The notes: generated by a model not told the origin, from the letters alone. Positions 54,486 to 64,000 are shown, counted from the stretch's first letter. The stretch: DNA of 64,000 nucleotides from Nannocystis sp. SCPEA4 (GCF_026626685.1 NZ_JAPNJX010000001.1:204752-268751), one strand, 5' to 3'. Numbers and translations are program-made.

Positions 54486-55658
54486 TCAGGGCACGACGAC
54501 GGCCGTGGCCCCGCGGATCCGCAGGCTGCGATCGGGATCGGTGAACAGCGGCCCGAGCTCGTCGTGGACCTCGAAGCGCCAGGCCGACGGCGCGTCGGCG
54601 GTCGGCTCGCTGATCTTGTAGACCGTGCCGCCGATGCCGACGGCGTAGATCGCCCCCTGGACGCGGGCCAGGCCCTCGATCTCGGAGCCGGCGGGGATGT
54701 CGTCGATGAACGGCCCGTACGCGCGCGGCTCGGGCATCTCGCCGGTGGCGGCGACCCGCAGCAGCTCGTGGCGGCCGGCCGGGAACGTCTCCGACATCTC
54801 GCCGCGGACCAGCGCGAGCACGTCACCGTCTGGCCCCGGGACCATGTCCCCGGAGACACCCACCTTCTCCTCGAACTGCGCGTGGACCGAGCAGATCGGA
54901 TCGCAGGCGTAGTAGAGCGGGTCGTTGCTGATGTCGCTCGGCAGCACGCAGTGCTTGGGCTCGGCCAGGAACGCGGGGTCGAGCTCGAACAGCGCCCCGC
55001 GGGCGTCGAGGCCGTTGCCGGGCTTGCCGGCCGAGGCGGCGAACAGCGTGTCGCCGACGAACTCGAGGCCGGTCATGCTCTGGCGCCAGTAGCAGGCGTC
55101 GGTCGCCGGGTCCTTCACGTCGCCGTACTTGAAGGCGTAGCGGACGCTCTCGATGCGGTTGTCGGCGCGGGTCCAGTCGGGCACGCCCAGGGTCATCAGG
55201 CCCCACTCGTCGTTGAGCGGGTCGTAGCTGAGGCCCCACAGCCCCTTCTCGGCGTGCCAGGCCAGGTCGCGCACGGTGAAGCGCAGCAGCGACTGATCGG
55301 ACATCGAGATCGGGCCCATCTGGTCGTCGAGCCACAGGTTGCCGAGCTTGCTCAGGCAGCCGCCGTCCTTGCACGGCTTCGACGGGTCGTAGAGGTAGAG
55401 CGCGTTGCCGACGTAGCGGCCCTCGGCGTCGAGCGGGAAGTTGGCGGTGAAGTTGGCATCGCCGTCGGTCGGCTTGGTGTTGACGAGCAGCATCAGCTCG
55501 CCGCGGAGCGGCTGGTCTTCGAGACAGCCCTCGCAGAGGTCGACCTCCGGCGGCAGCCCCTCGCCCTCGTACGTGTCCGGCATCATCGGCTCGTAGCCGA
55601 CGCACCCCCACGCGACCGTCGCCACGCCGGCGAGGGCAATATTGAAAATCGTTTTCAT
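54486..55658 (-). CDS. hypothetical lipoprotein (first gene of TBDR operon)
   Basis: MKTIFNIALAGVATVAWGC lipobox; 390 aa with many Cys. Confidence 0.6.
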   Translation of the reverse strand: MKTIFNIALAGVATVAWGCVGYEPMMPDTYEGEGLPPEVDLCEGCLEDQPLRGELMLLVNTKPTDGDANFTANFPLDAEGRYVGNALYLYDPSKPCKDGGCLSKLGNLWLDDQMGPISMSDQSLLRFTVRDLAWHAEKGLWGLSYDPLNDEWGLMTLGVPDWTRADNRIESVRYAFKYGDVKDPATDACYWRQSMTGLEFVGDTLFAASAGKPGNGLDARGALFELDPAFLAEPKHCVLPSDISNDPLYYACDPICSVHAQFEEKVGVSGDMVPGPDGDVLALVRGEMSETFPAGRHELLRVAATGEMPEPRAYGPFIDDIPAGSEIEGLARVQGAIYAVGIGGTVYKISEPTADAPSAWRFEVHDELGPLFTDPDRSLRIRGATAVVVP

Positions 55659-55740
55659 TTATCGGTGTTCTCTACACCGCGTTCCGCCGGGGGTCAAGCA
55701 GGTACTTCCACCCAAGAAACAGGACGTCAATGACCTTGCA

Positions 55741-55763
55741 AATGATTTTCCTTTTCATTATGA
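55741..55763. promoter_or_regulatory. putative Fur-box-like inverted repeat in AT-rich divergent promoter region
   Basis: aATGATTttccttTTCATTATga resembles the GATAATGAT/ATCATTATC halves. The 55659-55802 region is locally AT-rich, between a TBDR operon and a divergent lipoprotein gene. Confidence 0.3.
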
Positions 55764-55802
55764 CCCGGCCGCACGTCCAAGTCCGCCCTTCAGGAGATTT
55801 CC

Positions 55803-57071
55803 ATGCGCCTCCGCAGCCTTCCCCTACTCGCCCTCTCGCTCGGTCTGGCCGCCTGTCCGGGCAATGAATCCGAGACCGACGGCACCGAGACCGCCGGCCC
55901 CACCACCCACGAGCCGGCGACCGACCCGGGCACCGGGACCGACGGCACCGAGACGGCCGGCCCGACGACCACCGAGGACGAGCCGACGGCCGGGACCACC
56001 GGCGAGCCGGGCGGCGACCTGAATCCGCACACCCTCGGCGACCACGCCAGCCAGGCCTGCAAGGACGCCATGGCGGGGGCTGCGACCTTCCTCGCCGCCA
56101 CCGCCGACGCCGACGCCGCCGCGGCCACCGCCGCCTACGGCGACGCGCTCAAGATCTACGTGCAGAGCATCGACACGGGCAACATGCGCGACGACGACAG
56201 CGCCATCACGGCCGCGCTGGCGCAGAACGATGCCCCCGGGGCCGCGCTCGCCGAGGGCCACCTCTACACCGCCCTCATGTTCCAGCTGCGGGCCAACCTC
56301 TCGGCCGTCGAGACCGGCGCCGAGGACAAGTACGCCGCCTGGGACGAGGCCCACTGCGTGTGGGACGGCGGCCTGCGGCTGCTGGCCACGCGGGCGCAGG
56401 AGGAGGGCTGGAAGGCCGAGGGCGACCCGATGATCGCCGACATCGACGCCGCCTTCGCGGCCGGCCACGACGGCATCAGCGGCGAGGCCCCGGCCACCGC
56501 CATCGACGACTGGCGGATCCCCCCGCAGAAGCAGATCATCGAAAAGACCCTCTTCCGCGCCGCCCACCGCGACATCATCGGCCTGGCGATCGCCGCCGCC
56601 GACGAGGCCGACGCCACCCGGGCCGCGCGCGCGCTCGGCGTGTTCGGGATCGTGCGCGACCGGCTGCAGGACCGCAACACCCCGGGGATCGCCGCGATCG
56701 AGGGCATGCTCGCCGGCGACCCGGCCATGATCAACGGCACCGCGGTCGCCTTCGAAATGGACAAGGCGTTCGCCAAGCGCACCCGCAACTACGCCGACCA
56801 GGCGTTCAGCGAGGGCCTCGGGATCCCGCCGAGCTACAAGGGGGCGGTCGAGGGGCGCACCTATGCCAAGCTCATCGTCGCCGGGATGTCCTCGGCGATG
56901 TTGAACACCGAGGCCTACCTCGCCGACTGGGAGGACTACGCGGAGCTTGTGCGCACGGGTGAGGACGAGGCGGCGGCCACGGAGATCAGCCAGCGGATCA
57001 TCGACGCCACCTGCATGTACCAGACGCTGCTCGGAATCGCCGCCTGCACCGGCAGCGATGACGAAACGTAG
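55803..57071 (+). CDS. hypothetical lipoprotein (possibly iron-uptake associated)
   Basis: Lipobox SLGLAAC and a Thr/Gly/Glu-rich linker; 422 aa. Confidence 0.55.
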   Translation: MRLRSLPLLALSLGLAACPGNESETDGTETAGPTTHEPATDPGTGTDGTETAGPTTTEDEPTAGTTGEPGGDLNPHTLGDHASQACKDAMAGAATFLAATADADAAAATAAYGDALKIYVQSIDTGNMRDDDSAITAALAQNDAPGAALAEGHLYTALMFQLRANLSAVETGAEDKYAAWDEAHCVWDGGLRLLATRAQEEGWKAEGDPMIADIDAAFAAGHDGISGEAPATAIDDWRIPPQKQIIEKTLFRAAHRDIIGLAIAAADEADATRAARALGVFGIVRDRLQDRNTPGIAAIEGMLAGDPAMINGTAVAFEMDKAFAKRTRNYADQAFSEGLGIPPSYKGAVEGRTYAKLIVAGMSSAMLNTEAYLADWEDYAELVRTGEDEAAATEISQRIIDATCMYQTLLGIAACTGSDDET

Positions 57072-57098
57072 CCGCGAGCGGCAATATGTCCGGACTGC

Positions 57099-57515
57099 AT
57101 GGCCGAGATTTTTCCGGGTTACAGCGAGTTCGGCCGCGTGCTCGCCGACTACATCACGCGTGAAGCCGCGGCCCGCGGCGCGGTGCTCAGCGACAACGAG
57201 GGCGACACTGTCGACCTCGCTTTCGACGAGGCCCGCGCCTCCGCCCTCGAGGTCCAGATCCTCGGCGCCCAGCTCGACCGGGCCGCCGGACGACTGAGCT
57301 CGTGGTTCCAAGATCGCGGCCGAGGCTCGTGTGAGATCTTGATTGAGGCAAGTCACGGACGCCTCTGCTGCGCATTCATCGGCGGCGCCTACGTGCTCGC
57401 CGTCCTCTCCGAGCCGGCGGCCGGCGACGACGAAGCCCGCGCCGCCGAGGCCGAGCGGGTGCTCGCGGGCTTCCGCGAGCTGCGCCGTGACATCGAGGCC
57501 CTGCTGGACACCTGA
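57099..57515 (+). CDS. hypothetical protein (possible roadblock/LC7-like)
   Basis: 138 aa; alpha/beta pattern weakly reminiscent of MglB/roadblock. Confidence 0.35.
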   Translation: MAEIFPGYSEFGRVLADYITREAAARGAVLSDNEGDTVDLAFDEARASALEVQILGAQLDRAAGRLSSWFQDRGRGSCEILIEASHGRLCCAFIGGAYVLAVLSEPAAGDDEARAAEAERVLAGFRELRRDIEALLDT

Positions 57516-57653
57516 GCTCCACTTCCTGCCGCGGTGTGCGCGATCTTGACGCAAGGTCACATCTCGCCGCTCCAGTCCTGCTGCGCCGCCGCCGTCCAGG
57601 CGTGGCACACTGCGGGCGCGTGGCCCCGGCCCGGAAGGAGCCCAGTTTTACCC

Positions 57654-57968
57654 ATGGCGACCCACATCACTGAAGAGTGCATCAACTGCGGCGCGTGCGA
57701 GCCGGAGTGCCCCAACGAGGCGATCTCGGAGGGCGACGACCGGTATGTCATCGACCCCAACCTCTGCACCGAGTGCGTCGGGTTCCACGACTATGAGGCG
57801 TGCCAGGCCGTGTGCCCGGTCGAGTGCTGCGTCCCCGATCCGGAGCGCCGCGAGGTCGAGGAGACCCTCCTCGAGCGCGCCCGCAAGCTGCACCCCGAGA
57901 AGAGCTTCCCCGCCGTCGCCGACCTGCCCAGCGATCTGAGCCGGTTCCGCAGCGCGAAGAAGAAGTGA
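57654..57968 (+). CDS. 4Fe-4S ferredoxin (YfhL-like)
   Basis: CINCGACEPECP and CTECVGFHDYEACQAVCP cluster motifs, with an AGGAG-like RBS 12 nt upstream. Confidence 0.8.
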   Translation: MATHITEECINCGACEPECPNEAISEGDDRYVIDPNLCTECVGFHDYEACQAVCPVECCVPDPERREVEETLLERARKLHPEKSFPAVADLPSDLSRFRSAKKK

Positions 57969-58189
57969 CCCGGCGCGACCCGCCGCATCGACCTGACCTG
58001 TGAAGGGCGGCGCCACGGCGCCGCTCTTCGCGTTGGTCGCGCCTCCACGTCGTGCTCACCGGCTGTCGAGCAGGGGCTCCGCCCTCTCCGCGCCACGGAG
58101 GATCGACGCTCGCTCCAGTCGTGTTCGCCGCGCCGGTCCGCTCACCGACGGCGATCTCTGCTGCGGGCGCGGCGCGCCGGACCTCCTCG

Positions 58190-59332
58190 ATGGCCAGGAC
58201 GCGGGCATGGCGTGCGTCGGCCCGATCGTCGGGTCCGAACGGGGGTCCTGACTTTCGCAGCCGCCCCGGGGACACTCTCGCCAGCGTGTCGTCCTCGCCC
58301 GCTCCTGCGCCTCTCGCTGCCGCGCCTGCACCCGCGCGCGCGTGGCTGCGCGTCGGCCTGTCGCTGGGGATCACCGCGCTCGCGCTGTGGCTGGTCCAGC
58401 GCCAGCTCGATCCCCTGCCCGACGAGCTCGAGATCGCCGCCTGGGGCCTGCCCGCCTACCTCGCCACCCTGCTGGTCTACGCCTTCCTGCGCTCGGCGCG
58501 GTGGTGGTTCCTCGTCAGACCTTTGGGACAGGTTCGCTTCGGCGACGTCATGCTCGTCGGGCTCGCCGGCGCGCTGTGGATCGTCGCGCTCCCGTGGCGG
58601 CTCGGCGAGCTGGTGCGCCCGGCCCTGCTCGCCCGGCGCAGCGGCATCCCGGGCAGTCAGCTGCTCGGCACCGTCGCCATCGAGCGCGTCGTCGACGGCC
58701 TGTGCGTGTGCGCGGCCTTCTTCGTCGCCGCCGCCGGCGCGCCGGACGTCCCGGCGCTGACCGGCCTCTACGCCGCCTGCACCGCCGCCTTCGCCCTGTT
58801 CGCCGGCGCCCTCGTCGTGCTCGTCGTGCTCGCCCGCTGGCCGGCCGCGCTCGAGCTGCTGCTGCGGCGCGGCCTCGGCCGGATCGCCGCCCGGCCCGCC
58901 GCCATCCTCGCCGACGTCGCCCGCGGCCTCGCCGAGGGCCTGCGCGCCCTGCCCTCGCTGCGTCCGCTGCTGCTGTTCCTGCTCGGCACCGTCGCCTACT
59001 GGGGCACCAACGTGTTCGGCATGGCCCTGCTCGCGCGCGCCTGCGGCCTCGACCTCGGCCTGCTCGACGCGCTCGCCGTCCTCGCCGTCCTCAACCTCAC
59101 CCTGCTCGTGCCCGGCCCGCCGGCCCACGTCGGCACCTTCCAGCTCGGCGTCGCCGCCGGGCTCGGCCTGTTCCTCCCGCCCGACGTCGTCCGCGCCGGC
59201 GGCTCGACCTACGCCTTCTTCCTCTACACCTGCCAGCTCGCCATGATCGCCGCGCTCGGCATCGCCGCCAGCCTGCGCCTGCGCCTCGGCTGGCGCGCCG
59301 CCCTCGACCTCCGCCCGCCCGCCCGGCCCTGA
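58190..59332 (+). CDS. flippase-like / lysylphosphatidylglycerol-synthase-TM-domain family membrane protein
   Basis: About 8 TM helices and no C-terminal catalytic domain. It is a paralog of the next gene. Confidence 0.55.
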   Translation: MARTRAWRASARSSGPNGGPDFRSRPGDTLASVSSSPAPAPLAAAPAPARAWLRVGLSLGITALALWLVQRQLDPLPDELEIAAWGLPAYLATLLVYAFLRSARWWFLVRPLGQVRFGDVMLVGLAGALWIVALPWRLGELVRPALLARRSGIPGSQLLGTVAIERVVDGLCVCAAFFVAAAGAPDVPALTGLYAACTAAFALFAGALVVLVVLARWPAALELLLRRGLGRIAARPAAILADVARGLAEGLRALPSLRPLLLFLLGTVAYWGTNVFGMALLARACGLDLGLLDALAVLAVLNLTLLVPGPPAHVGTFQLGVAAGLGLFLPPDVVRAGGSTYAFFLYTCQLAMIAALGIAASLRLRLGWRAALDLRPPARP

Positions 59333-59340
59333 TCGCCTCC

Positions 59341-59445
59341 GCGATGCTCCTCGCCCTCTCCTGCTCGAACGACCATGCTCCCTGGGCCATGCCCCAGGAA
59401 ACATGTCTGCTCGAGCATGACCTCACGAACATGTCCCCGGGAGCC
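59341..59445. repeat. GGACATGYCC-family tandem array (6-7 units, 14-bp period)
   Basis: CATG at 59374, 59388, 59402, 59416 and 59430, between the two flippase-like paralogs. Confidence 0.85.
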
Positions 59446-59453
59446 AACCCCTC

Positions 59454-60440
59454 GTGAGCCCGCGCCTGCGCACCGCGCTCAAGCTGCTGCTCGGCCTCGG
59501 CCTGGTCGCCGGCCTGGTGTGGTGGCTCGTGCCCGGCGGCGACGAGCTGCGGGCCGCGTTCGCGCGCGCGCAGCTGCGGCCGGCGTGGCTCGGCGTGTGC
59601 TTGCTGGCGACCTTCCTGGCCACCCTCTTCACCAGCGCGCGCTGGCGGCTGATGGCCGAGTCGATGGGCGGCAACCGCCTGCCGCACATCGCCTACTTCC
59701 ACAGTCTGGCGCTGACCAAGATCCTCGGCCAGGTCAGCTCGGCGTTCGTCATGGACATCGTCGGCCGCGGCGTCGCCCTGCGGGCCGCCGGCTCGCAGCG
59801 GGGCCTCGGCCACGCCATCACCCAGGCCGTGCTCGAGCGGGTGTTCGACCTCGTGCTCCCGGTCATGCTGCTCGCCTGGGCGGTGGTGGCTTGGCGCGGC
59901 GGCTTCACCGGCGCCGCCGCGGTCGGCTCGTTCGCCGGCGTGTGCCTGCTGTTCGCCGCGCTCGCGGCCGTGTTCCTGGCCCCGCTGACGCGCCTGGCCC
60001 TGCGCGCCTACGCGGCCGCCCGCGCGCTGCGGGCCCGCTGGCGCCGCGTCGCCGTCGACGACGCCGAGCTCGACCCGCCCGTCGTCGACCGCCGCCTCGC
60101 CGTGCAGATCGGCGCCTACAGCCTGCTGCGCTACCTCTCGGCCATGCTGCTGTTCTGGTCGACCGCCGCCGGGATCGGCGTCGACTTCACCTTCTTCCAG
60201 ATCGCCGCCGCCACCCCGATCGGCCAGTTCGCCGGCATGCTCGGCTTCACCCCGGGCGCTCTCGGGATCCAGGAGGCCGGGTGGGTCGGGGGCTTCAAGT
60301 GGGTCGGCGCCGACGACGCCGCGATCGCCCTGTTCGTCCTCAGCTCGCGCCTCATCATGACCGCCTCGTTCGCCGTGCTCGTGCTCGTCAGCTGGCCGCT
60401 GCTCCGCCGCAGCCGCGCCGCCGCGCCGCCGCTCGCATGA
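59454..60440 (+). CDS. flippase-like / LPG-synthase-TM-domain family membrane protein (paralog)
   Basis: GTG start, about 8 TM helices, and the same family features as 58190..59332. Confidence 0.55.
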   Translation: MSPRLRTALKLLLGLGLVAGLVWWLVPGGDELRAAFARAQLRPAWLGVCLLATFLATLFTSARWRLMAESMGGNRLPHIAYFHSLALTKILGQVSSAFVMDIVGRGVALRAAGSQRGLGHAITQAVLERVFDLVLPVMLLAWAVVAWRGGFTGAAAVGSFAGVCLLFAALAAVFLAPLTRLALRAYAAARALRARWRRVAVDDAELDPPVVDRRLAVQIGAYSLLRYLSAMLLFWSTAAGIGVDFTFFQIAAATPIGQFAGMLGFTPGALGIQEAGWVGGFKWVGADDAAIALFVLSSRLIMTASFAVLVLVSWPLLRRSRAAAPPLA

Positions 60441-60490
60441 ATGCCCCTTCGGACATGTCCGTCACGACATGTCCAGAACGACATCACGGC
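60440..60490. repeat. GGACATGYCC-family tandem array (4 units)
   Basis: gaatgcccc, ggacatgtcc at 60451, cgacatgtcc at 60465, and cgacatcacg. Confidence 0.8.
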
Positions 60491-62484
60491 GTGACGATGT
60501 TGAACGCCTGCGGGAACTGATCGAGCAGGCCGAGGAACTCCTCGACCGCCGCCCGGTTCCCGCGCAGCTTCAGCGTCCCGGCGGCGATCGCCTGGTCGAG
60601 CGACGTCTCGCCCGCCTGCAGCTCGATCAGCGTCATCTTCGACAGCGTCAGGCTCGCGTCGGCGCCGGCGACCTCGGCCGTCCGTCGCCCGTAGTTCAGC
60701 ACCCCGCGCGCGACGGTCAGCTCGTAGCGCTCCTTGGGCTCGGTGAAGTGGATGTCGAGCTTGAGCTTCGTCCCGGCCGCGCGCGCGCCGTTGAGGCGGA
60801 CGGCCATGAGGTCGAACAGCAGCGACGGCGGCAACGCGCGCAGCGTGTCCGGCCCGGCCGTCTGGCCCGCCGAGCCGCTCGGCACGCCATGGCGCAGCTC
60901 GTAGGCGCCTTGCAGGTACTCCGCGCGCCACGGCCCCGACTCCGCCTGGTAGCCCATTTGCTCGTAGGCGTCGGCCAGCAGCTCCTTGCCGGCCGCGCTG
61001 TCGGGGTTGGCGAACACCACGTGGCGCAGCACCTCGGCGACCCAGCGGTACTCCCCGCGCTCGAAGTCGGCGCGGGCTCGCTCGATCGCCGCCGCCTCGC
61101 CGCCCATGTACTCGACGTACTTGCGGGCCGCCGGCTCCTGCGGCAGCACGTCGAGGTCCGACGGGTTGCCGCTGTAGAAGCCCATGTAGCGCTGATACAC
61201 CGCTCGCGCGTTGTGGCGCACCGTCCCGTAGTAGCCACGGTTCGGCCAGTACTGCGCCAGGTCGGGCGGCAATTGCAGGTACTCCGCGATCTCCGGGCCG
61301 ATGTAGCCGAAGTTCAGCATGTGCACCGATTGATCGTGGATGTACTTGTAGAGATCGCGCTGCTTCTCGAGGTACGAGCGCACGTTGGCCTTGCCCCACA
61401 TCGGCCAGTGGTGGGCCTGGAACTTGACCTCGATCGCGTCGCCGTACAGCCCGATCGTCTCGTCGATGTACTTGGCCCACGCCAGCGCGTCGCGCACCTG
61501 GGCCCCGCGCAGCGTCAGGATGTTGTGAAGCGTGTGCGTCGTGTTCTCGGCCATCCACATCGCCCTGAACTGCGGGAAGTACGTGTTCATCTCGGCCGGC
61601 GCCTCGGTGTTGGGCGTCAACTGGAACACCATCTTCACCCCGTCGATGTTCAGCTCCTGGCCGGTCTTCGTGATCGACTGCGTCGGCGCGATCAGCGACA
61701 CCGTGCCCATCGCGTTCGCGATGCCGAGTCCGACGCCGACCGTGCCCTGGGGGTCGCGCGGCAGGAACGTCCCGTACATGTACGCCGCGCGGCGGGTCAT
61801 CGCCGCGCCCGCGAGCACCATCTCGCTCACCGCGTGGGCGAGGAAGCCCTCCGGCGCGATGATCCGCACCCGTCCCGCGCGCACGTCGGCCTCGTCGACC
61901 AGCCCGCGCACGCCCCCGTAATGATCGGGGTGCGAATGGCTGTAGATCACGGCCACGATCGGCCGGTCGCCGAGGTGCTGCTTGACCAGCGCGTGCGCGG
62001 CCCTCGCCGACTCGACCGTGAGCAGCGGGTCCATCACGATCCACCCGCGGTCGCCCTTGATGAATGTGATGTTCGCCAGGTCGAAGCCGCGCACTTGATA
62101 AACCCGCTCGGTCACCTTGAACAGGCCGTAGATCATGTTCAGCTGCGATTGTCGCCACAGGCTCGGATTGACCGTGTCGGGCGCCGGCGCGTCGCGGCGG
62201 ATGAACTTCTTGAACGGCTCGAGGTCCCACACCACATTACCGTCGCCGTCGGTGATGGTCAGCGTGTGCGGGCGGGCGATGAGCCCGCGCTCGGCGTCCT
62301 CGAAGTCGGCGCGGTCCGAGAACGGCAGCGACTGCAGCAGCGCCGCGTTGGCCTGCCGCGTCGCCTCGCTCGCCGGCTTCGGCCCGTTCGGCGCCGCGGC
62401 CAGCCCCGCGTAGGTCACACCAGCCAGCAGCAGTCCGATGGCGACGAACCAGATCCGCGAAACTTGAGCTCTGCGTGGCTGCAT
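60484..62484 (-). CDS. alkyl/aryl sulfatase (SdsA1-like; MBL fold + dimerisation + SCP2 domains) with signal peptide
   Basis: HSHPDHYGG metallo-beta-lactamase motif and an N-terminal signal. The start MQPRRAQVSRIWFVAIGLLLAG is chosen within ORF 60484..62577. Confidence 0.85.
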   Translation of the reverse strand: MQPRRAQVSRIWFVAIGLLLAGVTYAGLAAAPNGPKPASEATRQANAALLQSLPFSDRADFEDAERGLIARPHTLTITDGDGNVVWDLEPFKKFIRRDAPAPDTVNPSLWRQSQLNMIYGLFKVTERVYQVRGFDLANITFIKGDRGWIVMDPLLTVESARAAHALVKQHLGDRPIVAVIYSHSHPDHYGGVRGLVDEADVRAGRVRIIAPEGFLAHAVSEMVLAGAAMTRRAAYMYGTFLPRDPQGTVGVGLGIANAMGTVSLIAPTQSITKTGQELNIDGVKMVFQLTPNTEAPAEMNTYFPQFRAMWMAENTTHTLHNILTLRGAQVRDALAWAKYIDETIGLYGDAIEVKFQAHHWPMWGKANVRSYLEKQRDLYKYIHDQSVHMLNFGYIGPEIAEYLQLPPDLAQYWPNRGYYGTVRHNARAVYQRYMGFYSGNPSDLDVLPQEPAARKYVEYMGGEAAAIERARADFERGEYRWVAEVLRHVVFANPDSAAGKELLADAYEQMGYQAESGPWRAEYLQGAYELRHGVPSGSAGQTAGPDTLRALPPSLLFDLMAVRLNGARAAGTKLKLDIHFTEPKERYELTVARGVLNYGRRTAEVAGADASLTLSKMTLIELQAGETSLDQAIAAGTLKLRGNRAAVEEFLGLLDQFPQAFNIVTP

Positions 62485-62583
62485 ACGCCCACGATGGCCG
62501 AGGACCGCGCTCGCGCCAGTGACCGCGCCGCCTGCTCGTCGCGGCCCACGCCGCCGCGGAGGCCGCCGCGCCGGCATTCACCA

Positions 62584-62635
62584 GACATGACCTTGAAGAC
62601 AGCTGTGCAGACCTGCGCCGCGACGGACAAGCGCG
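62584..62635. repeat. degenerate GGACATGYCC-family array (about 4 units)
   Basis: agacatgacc, agacagctgt, agacctgcgc and cggacaagcg at ~14-bp spacing upstream of the sulfatase. Confidence 0.5.
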
Positions 62636-62799
62636 CTCTCTCGCCCGCGATCCGCCGGGCGGACGGGTTCGAGGCCGCCGCGTCGAGCCGCGCGCAGGCG
62701 GCTCGAAACGCCCCTCGTGGCCGTCGGCGCCGCGGCCGGCGCCGGCTCGGTGAAGGTCCAGGTGCGGCCGTCTGAGCCTGACCGAAAGGACAGGCGTCG

Positions 62800-64000
62800 T
62801 CAGGGCGCGACCAGGATCCGGGCCGAGCGGGCCGGCACCGTCACCATCGGCCCCTCGACCATCTCGCCGGTCAGCTCGTCCTTCAGCGTCATCGCCGGCA
62901 GGTTGCCGACCGACTTGTCGGCGTCGCTGCGGTTGACGGCCACCGTCACCGTCTCGCCCTCGCCGGACATCGAGTAGGCGAAGCTGTCGGCGTCGGCGCC
63001 GAGGCGCGTGTACGAGCCGCGGCGCAGCGCCGGGTGAGCCGCGCGGATCGCCCCCAGATCCTGGATATGACCCAAGAGCCAGGTCTGTCCCGCCGAGTAG
63101 CCGTCCCACTGCATGAAGCGGCGGTTGTCGGGGTCGCCGGCGCCGGGCATGCCGACCTCGTCGCCGTAGTACACGAGCGGCGCGCCGAGCGACGTGTAGA
63201 GCATCGTGAAACTCAGCCCCAGGCGCTCGAACGCCGCGGCGCCGCCCGGCAGCCCCGGCTTGTTGTCCCACGCCCGGTCCTTGCCGTCAGCCCACTGGTT
63301 GTTCCACAGCGGCGAGTCCTCGGCCAGGTGGATCGCGCGCGGGATGTCGTGGTTGCCGATGAACGTGCTCATCACCGCCGCCCCGCCGTTGTAATAATTG
63401 TTGTTGGCGTCGTAGAAGTCGGCCAGCTCCCCCATCGAGCCCTGGCGCATCAGCACGTTGTAGGCCATCTGCATGCGCAGCGGGAAGTCGAACTGGCCGT
63501 CGAGCTTGTCGCAGCCGACGTACTTGTTGATGGTCGGCTTGTCGCCCGTGAACGTCTCGCCGACCATGTAGAAGTGCTGGCCCGACATCGGCTCGACGTC
63601 GGCCTGCACGCGCGCGCGCAGGTCGGTCAGCCACTCGATCTTGATGTGCTTGACCGCGTCGAGGCGGAACCCGTCGGCGCCGGTGTCCATGATCCACTGG
63701 ATCGCGTTGTCGACCGAGAAGTCGCGGGCCGCCTGGTTGCCGAAGTTGAAGTCGGGCAGGTAGTCGGTGAACCAGCAGCGCTCGCCGTCGGCCCCGTCCC
63801 ACGAGCAGCCGGCCCCGCACACGCAATCGCCGCCGCTCCCGTTGTCGTTGGGGTTGAACCAGTCGGGGTTGTCGGCGTAGACCGGCGCGCTGATGTGCAC
63901 GTGGTTCATCGCGTAGTCGAGGATCACCTTGATGTCGGCCGCGTGGGCCGCCGCCACCAGCGCCTGCAGCTCCGCCAGCGTGCCGAAGTGCTCCTCGGTC
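62800..64000 (-). CDS. GH13 alpha-amylase family glycoside hydrolase, 3' portion (gene continues beyond window end)
   Basis: GFRLDAVKHI, VGETF and FIGNHD conserved GH13 regions. The ORF is open to position 64000. Confidence 0.8.
   Translation of the reverse strand, partial: TEEHFGTLAELQALVAAAHAADIKVILDYAMNHVHISAPVYADNPDWFNPNDNGSGGDCVCGAGCSWDGADGERCWFTDYLPDFNFGNQAARDFSVDNAIQWIMDTGADGFRLDAVKHIKIEWLTDLRARVQADVEPMSGQHFYMVGETFTGDKPTINKYVGCDKLDGQFDFPLRMQMAYNVLMRQGSMGELADFYDANNNYYNGGAAVMSTFIGNHDIPRAIHLAEDSPLWNNQWADGKDRAWDNKPGLPGGAAAFERLGLSFTMLYTSLGAPLVYYGDEVGMPGAGDPDNRRFMQWDGYSAGQTWLLGHIQDLGAIRAAHPALRRGSYTRLGADADSFAYSMSGEGETVTVAVNRSDADKSVGNLPAMTLKDELTGEMVEGPMVTVPARSARILVAP

Overview
This 64-kb window is a very high-GC (about 70-72%) bacterial chromosomal segment. 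Its gene content suggests a myxobacterium (Myxococcota), which is an inference: three Ser/Thr kinases, many secreted lipoproteins, an OmpA with thrombospondin type 3 repeats, a T6SS VgrG/PAAR module, and an Hsp70 with a J-like partner. I call about 55 protein-coding genes, one tRNA-Met(CAT) with an intrinsic terminator, and no rRNA, CRISPR or obvious transposase. Identifiable content includes a T6SS vgrG-PAAR-cargo module that runs off the window start and a sigma-factor/PilZ/Hsp70/J-like/membrane-protein block. There is also a holA-rlmD pair, a five-gene butyryl-CoA/beta-oxidation cluster, a giant Ser/Thr kinase with a roughly 950-aa low-complexity tail, a V4R-PAS histidine kinase, and an ACP-FAAL-acyltransferase fusion. 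A TonB-dependent-receptor locus sits next to PepSY, spermidine synthase and a RimK-like ATP-grasp gene, and the window ends with an alkyl sulfatase and a partial GH13 amylase. The most unusual signal is not a gene. It is a pervasive family of short tandem arrays built from a 14-bp (occasionally 13- or 15-bp) unit centred on the palindrome GGACATGTCC, with variants GGACATGCCC, GAGCATGCTC, CGACATGTCG and GGACCTGTCC. I found it at more than 20 sites, mostly just past gene ends. Degenerate copies also sit in-frame inside coding linkers, and arrays separate two tandem paralog pairs. The 14-bp spacing creates spurious long ORFs in the six-frame track with recurring DMS/TCP/GHV peptide motifs, and these are artefacts. 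Coordinates for hand-mapped repeats may be off by a few bp.
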